A DNA stretch of 64,000 bases, taken from positions 1 to 64,000 of IMG/VR virus record IMGVR_UViG_3300047678_000169, one strand, 5' to 3'. Below, piece after piece: positions 57,219 to 64,000 of this stretch (positions within the stretch are counted from its first letter, which is position 1; the number at the start of each line of letters is the position of its first letter). The position numbers and the translations under genes are program-made. The DNA comes from a virus. The notes beneath the pieces were generated by a model, which was given only the letters and a program-made list of their open reading frames with translations, had not been told where the DNA came from and made no database searches.

Positions 57219-60200
57219 AGCTTACTTATAAGTATTGAAACCGATGGTTTTGAGTGTGAAGTTGCAATAGAAGGTGGCGGTATAACCTGCATGGAACCAC
57301 TATTTCCAGCGAATTCAGCTCTGAGAGCGGAGCCTGATAGAACAGGAATTATCACCTTTGAAACTAATGGCTGAGGAACGTTGTTGGCCGTGAATGAGAA
57401 AGCAGAATAACTTCCTGATATTTCAAGATTATCAAGAACCAATCTTGTTGCTCCGACCAAAGTTCCGCTGCCTGTCTTTTGCATGTAGGTAGTTAAAGTA
57501 ACTTCATATAATCCACCCAAAGAACATGTGAATTGTCCAGATGATGTTGAATGTGTCCATGCCGGAGAAGGAGTTAAAATATTGCTGAAATTAATTTCGT
57601 TAAACGTATTGACAGACAGAACAGACTGTGAGCCAGTTCCAATTGCTGTGTAAAATCCGGATGCTGTTGCGTTTGCTGCCCATGAGGCTGTTCCAAACAA
57701 AGAACCTGTTATTTGTGAACTGTTGATGAATGAACTTGTAACTTGTGTGCTATTGAATGAGCCAGAGAGTGCAACGAGTCTACTTGAGAAAGAGGCTGAA
57801 GAATTTACAAAAGAACTTGATACAGTAAGTAAGCTTCCACTGTCAGCCAATTCCCTTGCTGTAAATGATGCAGAAGTGGCCTGGTAAGATGAGGATAACG
57901 CTAATAGACTTCCTGAGTCAGCCAATTCTTTTGCAGTGAAGGATGCGGATGTTGTCTGATAGGATGACGACAGTGCCAACAAACTTCCGCTATTTGTAAA
58001 TATCCTTGTGCTAAATGATGCAGAAGATGCAACAAAAGATGCCGATACTGACAGTAGACTTGAACTATTCGTAGTGACATTTGAAGTCAAATTACTTATA
58101 GTAGAAGTTAAAGATGAACTATAAGATAAAGCATTTGAAGAGAAAGATGCTGTTCCATCCAAGCTACCACTGAAGGAACTTGTAACGTCAGTTGGAGTTA
58201 TTCTACCCAAAGTAAGTGTTATCGATGGAGTAGTAGTTGCGTTTTGAACCGTTCCACTTACGCCGTTTGCCGTAGCAACGGACACCGATGTTACTGAGCC
58301 TGTTGCAGACGTTCCTGCTGTTGGTGCCCAAGACGCAGAAATTGCATTTACCGACCACGACGCAGTTCCAAATAAAGAACCGGTAATATTTCCTGAAAAT
58401 GATGATGTTACGTCCGTTGGAACTATTCTACCAAGGGTTACTGTTATAGCGGGCGTTGTTGTTGCATTTTGAACGGTTCCACTAACTCCGTTTGATGTAT
58501 TAACAGATACATTGGTTACTGAGCCGGTAGCCGATGTTCCCGATGTTGGTGCCCACGATGCCGAAATTGAATTTTGTGCCCAAGAGGATGTCCCGAATAC
58601 TGAACCAGTTATTTGAGTGATTAGAGCAGATGATGCTGTTATTGATGTTGATACAGACAGTGAACCACTCAAAATTGTTATGTAGGAACTACTGAATGTT
58701 GCGATTGCTGACAAAGTATTTTGTGCTGTTCCGGTTGGCCCAACAGGAGCAATTTTGATTATAACACTTCCTCCGCCACCAAGTCCAGTTCCTCTACTTC
58801 CAGCCAACACAAAGTCTCTTCCCTGCGTATCGGATGTTCCGGCAACAACGCTTTGCATAGACATTGTTTGCGGAACAGCGGCCGCTGCATCAGCATTTCC
58901 GAACTGTAGATTTCCCGCTCCTGGACTTGTGATTACAGTGTCGGCGCTTGCATTTGCGTCAGCCAATCCTGTAATAAATCCATATCCATAATTTCCTCTT
59001 TGAATTACAAAACCTTTGCTATTAGAAATTCCGATGACTCCATTACTTGCTCCAGCGGAACAACCAATTATCAATAATCCGTTTAAATCTTGTCCACCGA
59101 GATATATTACAGCGTTTCCTCCGGCACTCGTTCTTTCAACTCTAAATATTCCTGTCGGGTCCGCTTTTGATGAAATTGCAGCTTCTGCCGAATATGAAGA
59201 TGTTCCAAATACGCTTCCTGTTATTTGAGAGCCTGAAATTATTGAACCAGTAATTTGTGAACTATTAAACGAAGATGATAGTGCCACTAACCTACTTGAG
59301 AACGAAGCGCTCGATACAACTAAGGAAGATGATACCAATAATAAACTTCCTGAATCTGCTAATTCTTTTTCTGTGAAAGACGCGGAAGTTGTTTGGTAAG
59401 ACGAGGAAAGTGATAATAGAGAGGCAGAGGTCGTTAGTAAACTTCCACTGTCTGTAAAGATTCTTGTGCTGAATGAAGCAGATGAAGCGACATAAGATGA
59501 AGACAGTGCCAACAAACTTCCAGAATCAGCCAGTTCTTTAGCTGTGAATGATGCAGAAGATGCCAAATAAGAAGCCGAAAGAGCTAATAAACTACCACTA
59601 TCTTTAAACACCCTTGTGCTAAACGAAGCTGAAGAAACAACGTAAGATGAAGAAAGCGTCAACAAACTTCCAGAATCAGCCAACTCTTTTGAGGTAAATG
59701 AAGCAGATGTTGTTTGATACGAAGAAGACAGAGCCAACAAACTCGAACTATTCGTAGTAACGTTTGCGGTCAAACTACTGATGGTCGTTGTAAACGAAGC
59801 ACTGTTGGTTGTATCGCTAGTGCTAAATGATGAAGAATATGTTTGGGCGTTTTGAGAGAATGATGCGGTTCCAAACAACGAACCTGTAAATTGTGAGCCG
59901 GAAATTATTGAACCCGTAATTTGTCCGGTTGAAATTGATGTTGGAGTTATTGCTCCTAACGTTATAGAAATCGCCGGGGCCGTTGTCGAATTAGCAACAG
60001 TTCCACTTACTCCAGCGTTTGTGGTTACGCTTACGCTTGTTACAGAGCCTGTGGTTGTTGTTCCTGATGTAGGAGCCCACGATGCCGATACTGAATTTTG
60101 TGCCCATGACGCAGTTCCAAACAATGAACCGGTTATTTGTGGACTGTTAACAACAGAAGCGGTTATTTGAACTGTGGACAATGAGGTATTCAACGCTCCA

Positions 60201-60970
60201 ATTATATTGGAGAATGATGCCGATGCCACTACAAGATTGGTCAGTCCCGTTCCAGCTGATGCGCTTAGTGAATTAACAGTGGAATTGAAAGATGCACTAT
60301 TCCCTGTTATTTGAACAGATAAAGAACTTGATAAAGGAGCTATTGAAGCACTAACAGATTGAACTGAGCCTGATACAATGACTAAGCTTGAACTTATTGG
60401 TATTAACGAAGAACTGTTTGTATTGACAGTTGATGTCAGTGTTACAATCGTTGTAGAAAAAGATGAACTGATGGTCGTATCAGTTGCGCTAAGCGACGAT
60501 GAATAAGACTGTGCGTTTAAAGCAAAAGAAGAGGTAACTGAATTCTGTGACCAGGATGATGTTCCAAATAAAGAACTTGTTGGTGAAAGACCGGCACTTG
60601 GGGCCCACGACGCTGATATAGAATTTCTCGACCAAGAAGCTGTATCAATATAAGAAGCCGTTTGAGCCTGTAGGCTGTTTAAAGAAAGTCCAGCTATTAC
60701 AGCGTAGGACGCAGTATCACTGACACTTGCTATTACCGAATATGAGGCACTTACAGCCAATTGTGCTTTGATAGCATAAGAGGCTGTTGAGACAGACATT
60801 GAGCTTGTCTGGGAACTAGCCAGAAGCGAACTTGATGGTGTATAACTGAACACCATGTTTCCAACTCCGTCCAAAACATAAGAATTAGAGCCAGTGTCTA
60901 ATCTCTGTAGGATATTTTGGTAACTTTCAGAGACATGTTGGAGAGTTAAGTCTTTATCAGGAAAATTCAT
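57215..60970 (-). CDS. long Ser/Thr-rich fibre protein with a C1q/TNF-like C-terminal head
   Basis: TGSLFGTASW repeats, 25-aa repeats, SVTSVSV..GVSGTV.N.TT.P.I repeats; C-terminal GQFTC..GGLYEV. Confidence 0.7.
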   Translation of the reverse strand: MNFPDKDLTLQHVSESYQNILQRLDTGSNSYVLDGVGNMVFSYTPSSSLLASSQTSSMSVSTASYAIKAQLAVSASYSVIASVSDTASYAVIAGLSLNSLQAQTASYIDTASWSRNSISASWAPSAGLSPTSSLFGTSSWSQNSVTSSFALNAQSYSSSLSATDTTISSSFSTTIVTLTSTVNTNSSSLIPISSSLVIVSGSVQSVSASIAPLSSSLSVQITGNSASFNSTVNSLSASAGTGLTNLVVASASFSNIIGALNTSLSTVQITASVVNSPQITGSLFGTASWAQNSVSASWAPTSGTTTTGSVTSVSVTTNAGVSGTVANSTTAPAISITLGAITPTSISTGQITGSIISGSQFTGSLFGTASFSQNAQTYSSSFSTSDTTNSASFTTTISSLTANVTTNSSSLLALSSSYQTTSASFTSKELADSGSLLTLSSSYVVSSASFSTRVFKDSGSLLALSASYLASSASFTAKELADSGSLLALSSSYVASSASFSTRIFTDSGSLLTTSASLLSLSSSYQTTSASFTEKELADSGSLLLVSSSLVVSSASFSSRLVALSSSFNSSQITGSIISGSQITGSVFGTSSYSAEAAISSKADPTGIFRVERTSAGGNAVIYLGGQDLNGLLIIGCSAGASNGVIGISNSKGFVIQRGNYGYGFITGLADANASADTVITSPGAGNLQFGNADAAAAVPQTMSMQSVVAGTSDTQGRDFVLAGSRGTGLGGGGSVIIKIAPVGPTGTAQNTLSAIATFSSSYITILSGSLSVSTSITASSALITQITGSVFGTSSWAQNSISASWAPTSGTSATGSVTNVSVNTSNGVSGTVQNATTTPAITVTLGRIVPTDVTSSFSGNITGSLFGTASWSVNAISASWAPTAGTSATGSVTSVSVATANGVSGTVQNATTTPSITLTLGRITPTDVTSSFSGSLDGTASFSSNALSYSSSLTSTISNLTSNVTTNSSSLLSVSASFVASSASFSTRIFTNSGSLLALSSSYQTTSASFTAKELADSGSLLALSSSYQATSASFTARELADSGSLLTVSSSFVNSSASFSSRLVALSGSFNSTQVTSSFINSSQITGSLFGTASWAANATASGFYTAIGTGSQSVLSVNTFNEINFSNILTPSPAWTHSTSSGQFTCSLGGLYEVTLTTYMQKTGSGTLVGATRLVLDNLEISGSYSAFSFTANNVPQPLVSKVIIPVLSGSALRAEFAGNSGSMQVIPPPSIATSHSKPSVSILISKL
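59270..59750 (-). repeat. tandem 25-aa (75-nt) repeats, second block near 57770-58070
   Basis: SGSLL.LSSSY..(T/S)SASF(T/S).(KELAD/RIFTD) units. Confidence 0.8.
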
Positions 60971-61023
60971 TTGGGACGGCTATATATATGAATTGAATCA
61001 GTGATTTGACACCGATTCATCCA

Positions 61024-61638
61024 TCACTTGATTTTTTTAAGGAATTGACGAGAAATAGCTTCTCTTTTTCCAATCAATTCACCGTTAACCTTAAAGTATT
61101 CTCCCAAAAGCTCTTTTAATACTTCTTTCGTCAATGTCTTTTTTGTGATACCAACACGTTCACATATAGAAACTAATTCATCAGAAGGAGATTGCTTTTG
61201 ATTTGAAATTTTAACAACGTGTTTTTCCTTCAATGGTTTCGTTTCTTTTGATAAATCCGTTTTTTCGATGGTTTGTGCAGGACCTTTTGCCACCACCACT
61301 TCAACCAATGGCTTTTTGTCTTCTTTCTTCTGTTCTTGAACTACAACTTTCATGGATGTGTGTTCTTCAACTATGAAATCGGATTCCCAAGGTTTAAAAT
61401 AAACATCTTCCACAATAATTTCAAGATGCATTTTTCCTGTTGTATTTTCTTCCATGATTCCCTTCAATTTTTTGATTGGGATTATGCACTTATCACCTTC
61501 AATGGTTCCTTTGAAAACTAAGTTGAGCCCCTCAGATTCTACAATCAAACGAGCAATTGAATTTTTCAACGAGGCGTTCTTAACTGAAACATCAGCTGAG
61601 AAATTTTCGTTTTTGTCTGTGTATAAAGTGTAGGACAT
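61024..61638 (-). CDS. conserved hypothetical (probable structural) protein
   Basis: Beta-rich N-terminal half; structural cluster context. Confidence 0.55.
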   Translation of the reverse strand: MSYTLYTDKNENFSADVSVKNASLKNSIARLIVESEGLNLVFKGTIEGDKCIIPIKKLKGIMEENTTGKMHLEIIVEDVYFKPWESDFIVEEHTSMKVVVQEQKKEDKKPLVEVVVAKGPAQTIEKTDLSKETKPLKEKHVVKISNQKQSPSDELVSICERVGITKKTLTKEVLKELLGEYFKVNGELIGKREAISRQFLKKIK

Positions 61639-61642
61639 GGGC

Positions 61643-62068
61643 TTATGTGGTTACGCTGAGCTTTGCTTCTGTGAGTCGATTGATTTCAAATTTTATTTTC
61701 TTAACATTGAAGAAAATATTATTTTCTTCTCTGGTTTCTTTTTTTTGGGAAAAATGTTCGGTTCCAACAATGCAAATCAGTTCAATAGTCTTTTTCTTTT
61801 TTACTTTTCTCAATTGAACTGGCTCAACTGATGGAATAACTTCGGGAATATTTCCCATTGCCAAGTTCCAACCATCTTCTGTAGAAGGAACTGATGGGGT
61901 TGGTGGAATCGGTTGTTGAGTTCCCCAGGTGTCTTGAAAACAAACCCAAGTTTCGCTGATTTGGCTCCATATGTCGGAGTTGGTTGCTCTTTTGCCGACC
62001 TCGCTCCATGTGGCCTTAACAGAAGACCACGTATCGCTAAAATTACTCCATGTGAGGTTGCATGACAT
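61643..62068 (-). CDS. hypothetical protein with W-x6 repeats
   Basis: TWSNFSDTWSSVKATWSE..IWSQISETWVCFQDTWG; ATG follows TATTTATA (62075-62082). Confidence 0.55.
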   Translation of the reverse strand: MSCNLTWSNFSDTWSSVKATWSEVGKRATNSDIWSQISETWVCFQDTWGTQQPIPPTPSVPSTEDGWNLAMGNIPEVIPSVEPVQLRKVKKKKTIELICIVGTEHFSQKKETREENNIFFNVKKIKFEINRLTEAKLSVTT

Positions 62069-62136
62069 ATTGACTATAAATATAGGTTTTTTCCTCAATT
62101 AAACCTTGGGAGACAGATTTATTTGGCGATGGGCAC

Positions 62137-62167
62137 AAAAAAAGAGCGGAGAAAAAATCTCCGCTCC
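62137..62167 (-). terminator. intrinsic terminator
   Basis: GAGCGGAGA-N5-TCTCCGCTC hairpin followed by T7. Confidence 0.85.
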
Positions 62168-62184
62168 TTTCAAGGGGTCGCTAC

Positions 62185-62295
62185 TTAGACTTCACGGTAA
62201 GTAAGCCTTTGGCGAGTCTGGTCTTTGACCGTAATCACCACAAGGCCTATTACGGCGAACCAAGCAACAGCCATTGCTAATGTATCAGCTATCAT
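62185..62295 (-). CDS. 36-aa single-TM peptide
   Basis: Not in the track: MIADTLAMAVAWFAVIGLVVITVKDQTRQRLTYREV, bounded by a leader hairpin and a strong terminator. Confidence 0.55.
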   Translation of the reverse strand: MIADTLAMAVAWFAVIGLVVITVKDQTRQRLTYREV

Positions 62296-62462
62296 TTGTT
62301 TTCTTATGGTTAAGGCGTCCACCTTTTTCAAGGCTTCCGCAGTTTATATTAAAGTGTATCATTCGATTGTGTCTCTTAAATACACCGTAAAGTTGTAAAA
62401 GTTGCTAGTAAAATACTAACTACTTGATGTTACGCTACTTACGTAGGAAATATCATTCCTTT

Positions 62463-62723
62463 TTAACGGGCATCATACGTAGGACCAGGCGGACAGTCCT
62501 TTTCCATCTGAATCTTGAAGCAATGAACCAAGGCGTCCAAATTAGACAGGTCTAGGACGCGAATTGCATGTTCAATATCTTTGTAACTTACTAAGGAATA
62601 GTAAGAACCGAAATCACCGTCATCGACGTAGATTTGCACAAGTTCCTTCTGTTCATTGATTTGAATCCGTCCACCAAGTATAGTGCCGGCCTCTTCAATA
62701 TCGAGTGAGTCTAAGGTTATCAT
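62463..62723 (-). CDS. hypothetical early protein (paralog A)
   Basis: DGDFGSY...PPGP; own TTGACT promoter. Confidence 0.65.
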   Translation of the reverse strand: MITLDSLDIEEAGTILGGRIQINEQKELVQIYVDDGDFGSYYSLVSYKDIEHAIRVLDLSNLDALVHCFKIQMEKDCPPGPTYDAR

Positions 62724-62762
62724 TTGACCGCTACGCTACTCAATTCTATAAAATTAGTCAAC

Positions 62763-62793
62763 AAAAAAGACGACTCTTTTGGAATCGTCTTTT
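62763..62793. terminator. bidirectional intrinsic terminator
   Basis: AAAAGACGA..TCGTCTTTT inverted repeat. Confidence 0.6.
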
Positions 62794-62856
62794 AAGGCAA
62801 TGGAGGGCCAACTATACGTTACGAAATCGTAACTATAATTGTAAAAATTGTATATA

Positions 62857-63099
62857 TTACCTCGGACCGGGAGGAGAATTGAGTCTCATAGCCTCTTTTA
62901 CACAATATAATAAGGCTCCGAAATCGTCAGTTTTTCTATCAACCATCGCTTTTTTAACTTGGTCGTAGGTGACGGTTGCCAAGTAACTTCCAAAGTCACC
63001 ATCTTCATACCGTAGATTGAATCTGCTACGTTCTTTGTCGTCGGCTATATCAATGTGAAGCTGTGTTGAGATTGTTACTATGTGGGTTGGATTTAACAT
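62857..63099 (-). CDS. hypothetical early protein (paralog B)
   Basis: DGDFGSY...PPGP; own TTGACA promoter. Confidence 0.65.
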   Translation of the reverse strand: MLNPTHIVTISTQLHIDIADDKERSRFNLRYEDGDFGSYLATVTYDQVKKAMVDRKTDDFGALLYCVKEAMRLNSPPGPR

Positions 63100-63157
63100 T
63101 CCACCATCCTACAGGAGTTAATAATACTGTCAATCTCAATAATTTCGTTCAAATCCT

Positions 63158-63813
63158 ATGGTTTGAACCTATTTAATTTACAAGATAACTAACAAGCTAA
63201 ATAACAAAATTTACGTTGGAAAGCATAAGACCGTTGATATCAACGACGACTATTTTGGTTCAGGTTTACTATTGAGTAGAGCGATTGAAAAACATGGAAA
63301 AGAAAACTTCACAAAAGAAATTCTCTTTGAGTGCAAATCAGAAAAAGAAATGAATCAAAAAGAGGCCGATATTGTTAATGAAGATTTTGTTGCTCGGGAC
63401 GATACTTACAATTTAGTATTAGGAGGAACCGGTGGATGGAACTGTGTTATGGAAAACAAGTTATTTCTAACGGACAAGTTTTATCTATCTTCTGCGTCAA
63501 ATTGGGAAATTGGAAGAAAAAATTAGAGGAATTTATGTTAGACAAAGAATTTCGAGAAAAGTTTTCAAAGAAAATTTCAAATGGACTAAAAAAATTGTAT
63601 GAGGGTTCTATTCATCCGTGGATAGGAAGAACTCACAATACATCTTCGAAAAAGAAAATGAGTGAGGCCAAGAAAGGAAAATACAACGGAAACAAAAATC
63701 CGTCGTTCGGAACAATTTGGATAAATAATGGTTCTCAATCTATGAAAATCAAAAAGACAGAACAAATTCCTCAAGGCTACAAAAAAGGTCGGCTCACTAA
63801 AATGTTATCTTAA
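63158..63813 (+). pseudogene. disrupted Seg-like GIY-YIG homing endonuclease
   Basis: YLIYKITN..IYVGKH..YFGSG follows ATG-GTT-TGA in frame; a frameshift in an A-run near 63520 separates the NUMOD3 C-terminus (track ORFs 63272 and 63436). Confidence 0.75.
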
Positions 63814-63820
63814 TGAGCCG

Positions 63821-63894
63821 GGGTGCAGGTCCGGCGTCTGAATCCGTTGTTCTTGGTTATGAGCCAAACGAGTTACCACATACTCTACCCTGCA
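63821..63894 (-). tRNA. tRNA-Met(CAT)-like gene, degenerate T-arm, no encoded CCA
   Basis: TGCAGG/CCTGCA acceptor, GAGT/ACTC D-stem, TTTGG-CTCATAA-CCAAG anticodon arm; T-arm CGG-ATTCAGACG-CCG. Confidence 0.6.
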
Positions 63895-63902
63895 AAATAA
63901 AA

Positions 63903-63975
63903 TGGAGCGGCGTTCTTGGAACGACCAGAACCTTCGACCTGGAAGGCCGACGTGCGAACAATACACCAACACCGC
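63903..63975 (-). tRNA. tRNA-Gly(TCC), atypical D- and T-loops
   Basis: GCGGTGT/ACGCCGC-T-CCA acceptor; TCGGC-CTTCCAG-GTCGA anticodon arm; U73 discriminator. Confidence 0.8.
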
Positions 63976-64000
63976 ATAATTTGTGGACATGTTTATTACC

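Noticed and set aside
57215-60970. Diversity-generating retroelement TR/VR pair or CRISPR-like repeats
   Set aside because: The repeats are in-frame protein repeats with synonymous divergence, not adenine-specific, and no reverse transcriptase is in the window.
63158-63170. Stop-codon reassignment (TGA or TAG)
   Set aside because: Conserved genes translate full length in the standard code and many end at TGA; this in-frame TGA lies in a gene that is also frameshifted.
1-64000. Bacterial chromosome with a capsule/LPS locus
   Set aside because: T4-like clamp-loader subunit, Mom, free-standing homing endonucleases, fibre genes, many short orphans, and no wzx/wzy/ABC export or housekeeping operons point to a large phage.

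Overview
The window looks like a 64 kb segment of a large (jumbo-type) tailed phage genome: dense, AT-rich, about 90% of genes on the minus strand, standard genetic code. A PEP-CTERM protein of the VPEPSTYGA type suggests a Verrucomicrobia/PVC host (inference). Contents: (1) nucleotide and DNA metabolism genes (guaC, dUTPase, dCMP deaminase, dNMP kinase, Pif1 and SNF2-like helicases, clamp-loader small subunit, PD-(D/E)XK exonuclease, UvsE). (2) Counter-defence candidates (Mom-like DNA modifier, Acb1-like 2H phosphoesterase). (3) A GroEL/GroES pair. (4) A glycan-biosynthesis complement of about 14 glycosyltransferase-like genes and 5 SAM methyltransferases, with a compact module built around a RuBisCO-like protein (NTP-transferase, cupin, RLP, GDPD-like). 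(5) Ser/Thr-rich fibre-like virion proteins. (6) A plus-strand cassette of TM coiled-coil, stand-alone PAS and receiver proteins. (7) RNA genes: a tmRNA with a 28-aa basic tag, an unidentified 177-nt structured RNA directly upstream of it, and two aberrant tRNA-like genes, plus a Thermotoga-type RNase Z protein gene. (8) Several homing-endonuclease genes, four preceded by a small overlapping basic ORF missing from the ORF track. Two promoter classes are visible: sigma70-like TTGAC(A/T) and a recurrent TA(T/C)TTAT(A) motif just upstream of start codons. All product calls come from motif recognition by eye; no database search was run.
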